A stretch of 62,976 nt of DNA, filler included, from Reclinomonas americana ATCC 50394 (taxonomy: Eukaryota): the NCBI GenBank assembly GCA_048213135.1. It is 4 parts of 3 records of this genome, joined end to end, with 100 filler letters (N's around TTAATTAATTAA, not from the genome) between each part and the next. Parts side by side here need not be neighbours in the genome. Positions count along the whole stretch, not along the records: positions 1 to 24,101 come from PS015293.1; 3 more parts are not named here. One strand, written 5' to 3'. The notes below the pieces were generated by a model. That model had not been told where the DNA came from. It was given only the letters and a program-made list of their open reading frames with translations, and did not search any database. The position numbers and the translations under genes are program-made. Numbering within the stretch: the stretch's first letter is position 1; every line of letters begins with the position of its first letter. Shown here one piece after another: positions 1 to 10,800 of the stretch.

Positions 1-20
1 AGAGAGACAAGAGAGAGAGA

Positions 21-50
<30 letters not shown>
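1..50. repeat. (AG)n-rich microsatellite
   Basis: Near-pure AG dinucleotide run, lying in an intron of the minus-strand gene that leaves the window. Confidence 0.9.
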
Positions 51-51
<1 letters not shown>

Positions 52-66
52 GTAGAAGAAACGCAC

Positions 67-273
67 CAGGTGGACCAAAGAAGATGATGCGTCGCAGATC
101 TGCAAACACGCCTGCAGGCGCCTTTTGCGGATCGAACAGTGCCGCAGAGTGTTTCACTGATAAAAATTGCGAAAAAAGAAACGCACACACACACACACAA
201 TGAGCGCATACTGCGCTCTCTCGTAAACACACATATGCAGCTGACCTCGAGTGAACAGCGTGCGGTGGAACAT
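67..273 (-). CDS. 5' two exons of a P-loop NTPase/kinase, possibly a mitochondrial adenylate kinase (partial, runs off the window)
   Basis: Exons 273-246 and 156-67 with GT-AG boundaries give MFHRTLFTR-VKHSAALFDPQKAPAGVFADLRRIIFFGPPG. The hydrophobic strand followed by GPPG is the start of a Walker A loop. Confidence 0.5.
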
Positions 274-289
274 GATTGACAACGAGAGT

Positions 290-1070
290 GTTTGTTGCTC
301 GCGCGCCGCATTGTCTCACAAACTGTCCCGGATCCATCTCGAAGAGCTTGCACTTGCTCAAGAGGCATCTGCAAGCTGGGCGGTGCTGCATGCAGTGGAA
401 AGCACGATATAGCAATTGCAATTGCCTCTTGCACTCGAATTGTTCGCGATCTGGTCGAGATGCACAAACTGCAAATCGCACAACGGGTTGCACTTGCTAG
501 TTTCCTTTGCACTCTAGATCTGGAGGCATCTACAAGCAGAGCGGGGCAGCAGTAAAGCGCCGCAATGCAATTGCAGTTGTCTCTTGAATTNNNNNNNNNN
601 NNNNNNNNNNGTCCTGAATAGGGCTTTATTCTCAACATCGACAACACACTTAAAACAGTTTTAGTTGTAGAAGGAAAGCACACGAGACTTGTTGGCGATC
701 ACTGGTAGATGCTCATTGTTGTATTTGTCAGTGGAGTTTCTATTATATTATCGAATTCGATCGCGAATTGTTTGCGATCGAGTTCCGAATCGATATCCTG
801 CACAATCTGCTAATCAACGAGCTGCACTTGCTCGTTCTCTTCCCTTTGCACTACAGGCATCCACCAAGCTGAGCGGTGGAGCACGTCACTGCAAATACAA
901 TTAATATTGTCCCTTGAATTGTTCCGAAAAGTTGCACGCTCTGACTCAATGAGTTTGCTCATGCTCGTTCTCTCTCTGCTTCTCAGCGGAGTGTATGACT
1001 TACCGTGAGCGATGCAAAGCAGCGCGCGTTTGTTGCTCGCCCGGCGTCATTGTCTCGCAAACTGTCCCGC
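290..1070. repeat. Degenerate direct repeats in a divergent intergenic region
   Basis: Three related units of about 105 bp (near 343-445, 486-590, 819-926) share TGCACTTGCT...AGGCATC..CAAGC...GAATT. A second block of about 40 bp (GTTTGTTGCTCGC...ATTGTCTCxCAAACTGTCCCG) occurs near 290 and 1028. Confidence 0.7.
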
Positions 1071-1103
1071 GGCGGATATCCGGCCGTACTTTCTTTTGTG
1101 ATC

Positions 1104-1556
1104 ATGGGAAGTAAGGATAGCAAGCCTGCTGCGGGGCTGGAGGCTGCCAACGAGAAGCCGAAGGAGGCCACGGAGAAGGCCAAGAGCAAGGACGACAAGG
1201 ACAACGCGTGGGAGTGCTTCTGCTGCCGCGACTCGGCCGACAAGAAGTCCACTGGTGACTCACACGCGCACGTGCAAGAGTGTGTGTGCGCGAAGTGGAG
1301 TGACTCACATGCGCGCGTATGTGTGTGCAGTGACGTTGGAGCAGACTGGTGGCAGCGGTGCGCGCGCGCGGGAAATCATGATCATCATTGTGCACACAAT
1401 CGGTCGACGTTCTCTCATGCGTTTGTTGCAGGAGACGCGGGCAAGTCGGCCTCGCTGAAGACCCTGCAGCCGACCGCCTCGCAGTCCTCTGTCCCGGCGG
1501 CTGCCACGGAGACTGCGACTGCCACTGCGGCGCCCCCGACGACGGCCGCCAACTAA
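1104..1556 (+). CDS. Small, probably N-myristoylated low-complexity protein (3 exons)
   Basis: Starts MGSKDSK (MGxxxS) and has a CFCC cysteine cluster. Introns 1255-1330 and 1358-1431 flank a 27-nt exon; stop TAA at 1556. Confidence 0.65.
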   Translation: MGSKDSKPAAGLEAANEKPKEATEKAKSKDDKDNAWECFCCRDSADKKSTGDSHAHVQECVCAKWSDSHARVCVCSDVGADWWQRCARAGNHDHHCAHNRSTFSHAFVAGDAGKSASLKTLQPTASQSSVPAAATETATATAAPPTTAAN

Positions 1557-1629
1557 CACACAGGACATTCGCGTACAGACAGCCCTCGTTCTCATCTCTC
1601 TGTGCTGCGCTCATTACACTCTGTCGACC

Positions 1630-3400
1630 ATGTGTGGATGTGTGTCATCGGCCTCAGTGAGGCAGGCTAGTAGTAGCAGTAGTAGTGGTGCTCTTGTTAC
1701 GCGTGTGCAGCATGAAAAGCGATGGGTGGTGTTGCCGAGAAAGCCGGCAGCATCGCCACCGCCAGTGGCCATTGTGCAGGTGGAGATGTCGTTGGCACTC
1801 GGGATTGGACCGGTACGCACACGCACACACACTCACGCACAGGCATCGATTCTCAAGTGCATCGCAGACAATGCATCGATCTGTGCAAGTGGATGCCGAT
1901 GGATTGCCGCTTGATGGCGACGATGTACAGGAGGATGATGATGATGCAGAGGGAACGTGGATTGTTGGAGTCGACTCGGGCGATCCGTGTGCGGCGCTTG
2001 TTCCGCTGCTCATGTGGCAGCGATTGACGCCGGCGATGCAGGCGTACAAGGTCGGCATTTGTCGCTGTGTTGCTTCTCGTCTCCCGCTGGAGCTCACTTG
2101 TTTGTATGTGGTCGTGGTAGGCTGTGGTGTACCGTGGCCGACACGTGCCGTTCTTTCCGCTCAACTCGTGGCCGGTGCGGCGACCGCGGGAGCTCGCCGC
2201 CGAGGAACCCTTCCTGACCGTGTCGTGGAGTGAGATGCGGCGATCGATGCAAGGTGGAAGTGACGCGCTGCAGACGTGCGCGCGTCGTGTGGTCGATGCG
2301 CTGCGTGCGCACGGCTGTCTGCGAGTGCGGTTAGACAGTGGCGACGGCGACGGTGACGACGAGGCGGAGCGGATTCGAGAGGCAGTGTGGGCGCCCATGG
2401 GACCGATTGCTGAGCAGTTCTTTGCGTTGCCGCTCGAGGAGAAGATGGCGATCTGCAGCCGCTCGCGTGTCGACAGTCGCAAGTTTGTGGGCTTTTCCAG
2501 CAGCGGTGGCGACCATGTGCGCCAGTTCTGCCAAGTTCGACGGTGCGTGCACGACATCCACCCTTCTACGATTGACACTTTTTCTCATTTTGTCAGCACA
2601 CAGAACGCGAGACATGCGTCCATTCGGCGCCGCTCACATGCACTCGCTGGAGCAAGTGTTGTCGCGAGCGTACAGCGCGCTACGATACGTGGCCACCACC
2701 CTTCTGTGGGTGCTTTGCCACGATGCACGAGTGGGATTGAGCGTCGAGCAGGCCATGCGTGTGGTGCGGTCGCGCAACGAGCTTTTCGGGGGTCCAGGCG
2801 ATCCGCTGGACGACGCGTTTCCCGACGTGACTCGTGTGGCGACAGCAGAGGGAGTGGAGGAGAAGGCGTGGGATATGGGACCGGATGTGATGCGCCTGTA
2901 TCAAATCCTGCGCGACAGTGCGGCGCCGTCGCCGGGCACGCGCAACGCCGCCACTGGTATTCACTCGGATATGGGCCTGCTGACGGTGTCGCCCGTCTCC
3001 ACGGTGCCCGGCTTGCGGACCATGGATCCCGCCTGTCGATACTGGGTTCGTATGCTGCATGTCGTAGTGTGCCTTTGACAAGCGATTGCTGACGTCCACT
3101 GCTCAGCTGGATGCCGAAGTAGATGGTGACTCGTTGCGCGAACTGACCGTCTTCACCGGCGAGACCTTGTCGGCGCTGACGCACGGCTTCTTGCGACCGG
3201 TGTTGCACTACGTGGAGGAGAGGCACCTGGGCGTGCCGCGCTACTCGATGCCCTTTTTCCTGCGCGCATGGCCCGAGTCGTCGTTCGCGCAGCAGTCGGG
3301 CCACACCACCACGGTGGCCCAGTACATTGAGGAGACGGTGATGCGGCATCGCGTCTACAACGCCGGCAAGCAGCGCACGCCAGCCACCAGCGACTATTAA
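1630..3400 (+). CDS. 2-oxoglutarate/Fe(II)-dependent dioxygenase (IPNS-like)
   Basis: Spliced exons give GIHSDMGLLTV (HxD), VLHYV (distal His) and RYSMPFF (RxS). The start is uncertain. Confidence 0.85.
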
Positions 3401-3448
3401 ACCCCAGCTGTTGCATTTTGTTGTACACTGTGCATGTCACTCTGTTCC

Positions 3449-3901
3449 TCACAACTCAGTCGCCGACGACGACCGCGATGCCTCGTAGACACGACGCGGA
3501 ACATGAATGGTACCATCGGGCGCCGCAAACGCCACGGGAATACGAGGCGCAGGCGACGGTGGCGACTGCGCACCGGCATCCACACGAGCATACATGGCCA
3601 CAATCTCTGGCGACGACGACGCAGCAGCAGCAGCCGCCGCCGGTGCCGCCTTGTCCGCCGGCGGCAACAATCGCGAGTGATACTCATACTCGTAGTGCTC
3701 GTCTTGCGTGGGCGGTGGTGCCTCCGGCACATTCTCGTACGAGTTGATCGAGGCCGCAAACTCGGCGCGCAACGCTGCCTCGCGTCTCCGTCGCCGTCGC
3801 ACCTTGATCCACATGACAAAGGCCACAAGCAGCACAATCACCGCCGAGAGACCGGAGATGATGAGTGCGTAGCGAGGGAAGCCGAGAATCCACCAGGCGT
3901 C
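3449..3901 (-). CDS. Last exon of a single-pass membrane protein with a Tyr-motif cytoplasmic tail (5' part lost in gap)
   Basis: TM segment YALIISGLSAVIVLLVAFVMWI followed by KVRRRRRR. The tail has YENV, YEYEY, YARV and ends ATEL*; a CT-rich acceptor lies upstream. Confidence 0.7.
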   Translation of the reverse strand, partial: DAWWILGFPRYALIISGLSAVIVLLVAFVMWIKVRRRRRREAALRAEFAASINSYENVPEAPPPTQDEHYEYEYHSRLLPPADKAAPAAAAAAASSSPEIVAMYARVDAGAQSPPSPAPRIPVAFAAPDGTIHVPRRVYEASRSSSATEL

Positions 3902-4109
3902 TGAGGGAGGGAGAGAGGAAAGAAGGGAGGTGTGTGTGAGAGGGAGAAGGGAGGGAGGGAGGTGTGTGTGTGTGTGNNNNNNNNNNNNNNNNNNNNNNNN
4001 NNNNNNNNNNNNNNNNNNNNNNNNNNNNNNNNNNNNNNNNNNNNNNNNNNNNNNNNTGTGCAAGAGTGTGTGTGTGTGTGATTGTGATTTGCTCATGTGA
4101 TTGGGACAG

Positions 4110-5767
4110 AGAGGTGCCGCCACTGGAGCTCACAGAGCAGCAGCGGCAGTTGCTGCTGTCGCAATCGCGTCCGGCATCGGCGCGTGGGCCGTTGCAGTTG
4201 GCCTCGTCGCGCAACCTGGAACGCAGAATGTTGCGCTCTTGTGTGTGTCCTTATTGTTGTCTCCTCTTCATCTCATTCGTGCGTCACAGTGAGCCGCTGG
4301 TGAATGAGCTGCGCAAGCATGGACGACCAAAGACGCCGCGACTGCGTGCGTACACGGATCCAGTGTCGACGGGCGAGCGAGCGCTCTCGTCGCTGAGGTG
4401 AGCGGTTGACATGTGTTTGCGGTGATGAATACGAGGTGGATGATGACTGATGATGGGTGACTGAGCGCAGTATCTTGCCAATTCCGCGGACTGAGACCGA
4501 GGCCATTGGTGGCCTCACTGCGCGACTCAACTCGCAGCTGGAGAGCGGATTCACGTGCGTTGTCACACACTCGATCGTGAAAGAAGATGCTTGTGGCTCA
4601 CAGCGGGTTCGTTTCTTGTCACAGGTTCATCACCCAGAATGTGGTGCCTGGGGCGGCGGCCTTGGTTGCACCGCCGTCGGCACGCAGTGCTCGAGGCAAG
4701 CGGCCGGCCAGTGCGCATGTCATGGGTTCATCGTCTGGCTATGGCGGTGGCGGCGGCAGTGGCAGCGGCGGTGGTAGTGGTAGCGGGCAGGAGGACGGGC
4801 CGGCGGCATTCGCGGCTCTGTTTGGCGAGATTGCGCATACTCTGGGTGCGTGGCCATTACAGCAGCAGCACTATTACCCACCTCGCTTCCGTGTCCTCAT
4901 TGCATTCGTGTGGCAGACTCGGCGCGTCAGCAATATCACCAGGACGAGAGCGGTCCGTCGGGAGTGGCTGGAGGCGGTTCTGCTGGTGAGGGCGTACAGA
5001 AGAAGAAGAGGCGTAGAAGACGCAATCCTGCTTCTGCCGCTGCTGCTGCTGCTGCATCGCGTGCTGCCCAGTGAGTAAAAATTTGTGTGTTTTTCTCTCC
5101 CCCCTCTTTTTGTGCTTCTCCATCACCAGATGCGAGGCGTGGCGGTGCGAGTCGGCGGCGGAAACGGCCTGCATCGGCTCCCACGTACCGAGGAGGAGGC
5201 AGCGGCGACCGGGACCACGATTCACCGCCGCGCAAGACGCCGCGCTGCGCCGTGTCGCCTCGGCTGTACACAAAGCCGGCCAACAGTGGCATCTTTGGCC
5301 GGACACTGACGCAGGCGCAGATCCAGGAGCACGTGCAGCGGCGCCTCCGCGAGTACTCACAGAATGAGGAGCAACGGCGTGAACTGTTCATGCGCACCGA
5401 CGCGTACGCCACGCGCCGTCAGTCGACTCACCGCCTCGATTTTATTGCCCGTAACAAGGCCGTGTGTTCATCGGTGGAGGCCGCGCCCATGGGCAAGTTG
5501 CAGCGATTGGAGGAGAGTGCGGCCGTGCGGCGCGAGCGTGCCGAGTCTGCAGCACGGCGCCGTCTCGAACTGAAGGCCATCCGCGCCGAGACGCTGGCGA
5601 GGTCGATCGGTCCACCAGTGTCCATGTCCGTCGACAATGACACTGCAGACGACGTCGATCTGGCGCCTGCTCCTCCTCCTCCACCACCGCCACCACCAGC
5701 TCCACCAGGCATGCCGCCAACGCGGTCTGCTGCCCCTCGCCGTCGCCGGCCCGTGTCAGCCCGATGA
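4110..5767 (+). CDS. Basic low-complexity/coiled-coil protein with repeated RP[A/V]SA motifs (5' incomplete)
   Basis: Six exons are joined in frame by GT-AG introns (donors near 4230, 4398, 4555, 4846, 5071); ends RRRRPVSAR*. Confidence 0.65.
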
Positions 5768-6345
5768 GTCGCAATACCGGGGAGGGTCCACATGGACCCT
5801 CTATACATGCTGGGTGCCGCATCCATCGATGCGGCAATGCGACCCACAAGTGTGACCACCTGGCCACACTGCACGACTTGGACACGGGTCGCTGGTCTTT
5901 ACATACTTACAATTCTGGTCTCGCGACCAACCCGAGCGACAGAGGCGCGCGCTGGCAGGCGCGGTGATACTGGATGCAGTCCGTTGCACTCACGTATGTC
6001 GTGGGTCTGCGCCTATCACCTGCGCCTCCCTCCAGCGCGCGCTCTCTCCAATGAAAGCTTGAAAACGAAGACTTGTCTGCAGAAGGGCGATGGAGATTGG
6101 AATAATAATTGCGCACGTGGCGCAAGAGATCCGTGCGCGCTGTGCGTCGCTCGCGGATCGGTTTCGGTGGCGCGTACTACTAATGCGCACATCGCTTGTC
6201 GTTGTATCCCTGTCTCTGAGAATGAGGGCTGCAGCGATTCCCGATCGCTAACGAAGTTCCAAGGCTCGACGTCATCGACAAGTCCCGTGACGCACCTTTG
6301 TTGTCGGTCGCATTACGCGCGCGCGTCGAGGCTCCCACCTCACTC

Positions 6346-7580
6346 ATGGGTCAACAGAACAGCAACCAGGTGCGTGTCGGACTGTGTGTGTGTGCGTGTA
6401 GCTCGCCCGGTTCTCTGAAATAATGATCCCTCAGTCAAGAGGGCCGCTGGCGCCGGTGAACGGCAATCAGTTTGCGTCATTGTACGACAAGAAGCACGGC
6501 ACACAGCAAGACACGTGGGTACACTTTACGCTCTCGGGAGTTGGTTCGTCGCCATTTTTTCTGTGATGGGATAGGAATGCGAATCTCTCATTCATTGACC
6601 ATCGGTGCAGATGTGTATGGAGTGTTTGATGGCCACCTGGGCGACTTGTGCTCGTCGTTCCTGCGCGACAACTTTCAGGGACATCTGGCAGATTCGCTCG
6701 ATCAAGCCGCCACGCTCGGTGTCGGGTGCGTTGTGTATCGTTGTGTGTTTTGTGCGTCTGCTGCTCATCATCACCATCGTCGTAGTGAAACGCTGTATCG
6801 CGCCATTATGCGACTCGACGAGAACTTTGTGGCGCACTACAGGGCCAAGGCTCCACCACCAGCCAATGCACCGAGCGGCAGCAGACCACGCGGCACCGAT
6901 GTCGGCTCCTCTGCCTGCGTGCTGGCGTTCACACAGGATCGCTCGCGTTACTTTGTGGCCAACACGGGCGACAGGTGTGTTGTCGTCACCAGCATCGCCG
7001 ACAACTCGTTCGTCTCTCACTCTCTCCGTCTGTGTGTGACACACACAGTCGAGCGGCTGTGATACGGCTCAAGTCGGCCGACTCGTCGCAGTTGGAACTC
7101 GTGTTCCTCAACCAGCCACACAAGCCCGACGATCCCGCCGAGCACGGCCGAATCACGGGCATTCACGGGGGATTCGTGGAGAAGAAGAAGCGGGAGAATG
7201 TGTTTGGCCTCGGCAACTCGCCTGTCGGACACGCGCAGGGAGTCCTGGCGACCTCGCGCTGCATCGGCATGCACATCTTGCGACCATTTGTCATTCCGGA
7301 GCCCGATGTGGTCGAGTTTGCTGTGACACCACTCGACGTGTGCTTCCTAGTGGCCTCCGCCGGTTTCTGGGAGACTCTCGACGAAGCGCAGGTTATTCGC
7401 ATCATGGAGCGACACTTGTCGCGCAGCGCACCGGCGGTGTCGGGCGGAGAAATCGATGATGGTCTGGCCTACGCGCTGGCCGACACGGCACTGCGTGCAC
7501 GGACCTCATTTGATAACGTGACGGTGATGATGGTGTGTCCGCGCGAGACGCCCAATCGCCGTGACGCGATCAGTGAGTAA
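6346..7580 (+). CDS. PP2C/PPM-family phosphatase-like protein, N-myristoylation motif, degenerate active site
   Basis: MGQQNS start; motifs YGVFDGHLG, GSSAC, VANTGDSRA, HKPDDPAEHGRI, LATSRCIG, VASAGFWE and SFDNVTV. Confidence 0.9.
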
Positions 7581-7830
7581 GGAGAGGAGGAAGCTGCCGT
7601 CGCGCCACGAGTTGTGCGTGTAGTTTTTCCGTGTGTGGGAGTGTACCAAATGCAAGGAGAGTGCTTTCATTTGTGTTGGGGCACTCGGCAGCGTACGGAT
7701 CGACATTCAGACTCTTTTGTGTCGAAGCTGTGCCGTGTGTCGCACGGGTGACACCGACGACGATGCTGCGTGGCCACGGCCACCACTCTTGCGCACAATG
7801 GGCGCGCGAGTGTGTGGCTGTTCGCGACTC

Positions 7831-10800
7831 TCAGCTGAACATCTCGTGTTCTTCGCCATCCGGCTTGCGCTGTTTCTTGCGCTGCTTGCTCTGCTTCATC
7901 TTTTCCAAGATGCGCGGATTGATGGCCACCTGTGCGCGCATGTGAGTTGAGGGAGTCTCAATCACGTTTGGCTCTGCACCCAGTCACACGCACCATGCCA
8001 AACGTCTTGTACTTGCTCTCCTTGCTGCTCGGCGTCACCAGCCGGACCTCCATGACCGAGCTGTCCGTGTGCTCATCTTCCGTGAATTCTATGTGTGCGC
8101 AGGCAGTCAGTATCGATCACGGCTCAGCACTGAAGAGACTCGGCGAACCATCGTCGTGAATGTTGCGCAGGGCGAGTTCACTCTCAAACCCGAGTTTGCC
8201 TTCGTGCGCTCGCAGTGCCTGTGCGCGACACAAAGCGTCAATACCACTACTATGAGAGCAATGCCACAACAACGCAACATCGGCCACGTTTCCATGGGAC
8301 TGGCGAACGGCGTCGTTGAGTGGCGTGTTGCCCCAGCGGTCGCGCGGATTTGGATCGGCATACTTGAGCAAGTACTTGACCACTGTGTGGGGCACGTGGA
8401 TGAGAATGGCTGTGTGCAGCCAAACACTGGCAAGTGGCGACTATCAAACCAGGAAGGCAACCCAGGCTGTCGACATGCACAACAGCGAGTGAGCAAAACG
8501 AGACTATTCTGGTGGAACACAGCAACACTCACAAAGCAGCATGATGCAATGCAGTGCGACCATCGGCATCACGAGTGTTGCTGCAGGCGAAGAAAATGAT
8601 GAGAGGCAGCAGCACAAGCTCGCACTCCACACGAGAAAATAACGCAACACGTCGACGCCACTCATGACAAATCGCTCCACACCCTCCATGTCGCCTGCGA
8701 GTCACGTGGTGAGTGATTGTGGGAACGACGTTACCCTGAGTATCACCACTGCCTACCGACGGCGGCCGCATGGCAGAAATCGTCGGCGATGCGCATCGTT
8801 GAGCTCGCCAGCAGCTGCACAATATCCAAATGCTGACGCCGGCGTGCATCGTCACTCGGTGTGCCTCCCCACCGATCGCGCACGTTGGGCGGCACACCCG
8901 CTGCGGTAAAGAGGGCGCGTTGAGAAGGACAGAGACATATTGCACACGAGCTGTGGCACTCACCTTCCAGCAGAAACTCGACGCACTCTCGGTGTCCCTG
9001 CGAAAAGCAATCATGAGATCACTATCGTCCACGAGGATGCCATCGCACTCTCGACGCAACATTGGCAGCCGCCAAATGCAAAGCAGTTCTGCACAAATCA
9101 CCAAAGTGATTATCACACAGACATGAGTTTCATCACCTGCATGCAACTGGCAATAGCTGCGAAATCACCTTCCATCAGGATCCGGTACTGCGTGCACGCG
9201 ACAGCGATGAGTAACAGAACGTCACCATATGGCAGTGAAGATTGATGGATACTCACCAAACAAGGCACTGGTCCGTGAGTAGTGTCGCAGCGTGTCGACA
9301 TCACCAGCAGCACCGGCTTCGCACAGCTTCTCTCCCTGTGCGATCGAATAGTTATCACCTAGAAACACGCGATGGCTAACAGTGCGTGCGTGCACACTCA
9401 CCAACTTGAAGGTCTCCGTGCTGGCACCATTATGCAACATCCAGTCGGCCAGTGTCTCGTTGCCAGCATTGAGCGCCACAGTCAGCGGGGTGGTGCCCGT
9501 TCGGTCGACCACATTGATGTTGGCCGTCGGCAGCGTCAGCAAGTACTCGATAACGTGCTGATAACCAAACTTGGCCGCCACATGATATGCCTTCCTCGCA
9601 GAGTCACACAATCAGCACACAGAAGACCGATTGATCTGCGATTGCAGTGACGCACCGTGTTGCCGTCGTAGTCGCCGATTAGAGGGTTGACTCCGCGCTT
9701 GATGAGGCTGACCACCATGTCCAAGTTACCGGCTTCGATCGCATCCGAAAGCTCCTGCCTTTGCTCACCAATGTCCACGTGCCCCTGTTCGCCACCATGT
9801 CAGCACCGGTCAGTCACACTGACGGGGGCATGGACACGCGGCACTTCTTCATCGTAGGCTGTCTCGCCAGACTCCTGCTTGTCGAGACCGACAATCATCT
9901 CCTGCTTTGATGGCTGCGGGATCAACCACACGACGAATTTCATCACCACGTATGTCCACACGGCCGTCCACACCAGCACGACCATGACGCCCACAAACTG
10001 CGCGCCATGGTGGGTGAGTGAACGCATCAAAAAGCACGTGGACTGTGGTGAGGCTGCGGAACCTGCTTGTAGAGCAGCGTAAAGTCACCACTGTAGAATG
10101 CTCCCTCGAGTTCGAGGTCGGGATTCACGTCCTTGGTTGCAAACAGGCCAATGGCAAGCACCGACCCAATGAACCCGGGAGTCGCCTATTGCAGCATATC
10201 GATTCAGGCTGCCATAATCAGTCACCACCACCTCTCATACACACAGTACACGGGACGAACCTGCAGCGACGTCACGTCTAGCGCATCGTCCACGTGCACT
10301 CTGCGCAGGCAATGTCACATGCATAGAAACACTAGAGTGGCAAACACGTTGTACTTGATGGAACCTGTATCGCAGGAAGTACACGGAAAAGTACGCGGCA
10401 ATGCCGGCAAACACGCCAGTTATCATGGCCACCGCTGCGTGGAATTGAGCAAAGCAGGAGATTTTTGATACGCGTACAACCATTGCTGAACTCACCGACA
10501 GTAACGTAGCCACACGCCGGTGTCACGCCAGCAAGGCCTGCCAGTGCACCTGCGTGGAAAAGAAAAAAGAATGGTTGGCGCCTTCGTGCTGCACATGCAC
10601 GTGCACAAACAAGATCTTGGCGAGCACCATTCAGAATCTCCACAATGTGGAAAAAGTCAGTGCTGTGTGGGAAGGAGAGGCGTCAGCACGGATCACGCAA
10701 AGGGATACACAAGCGGTGACGCGCACGCGTACCGGATGAATGCAAGGATAAGCCACATGAGGCCACCGACACATGCCGAAATGTGCGTGTTGGCCACTGC

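Noticed and set aside
5770..6340. Possible small gene between the RPxSA gene and PP2C
   Set aside because: There are some splice-like signals on the minus strand but no convincing ORF or motif.
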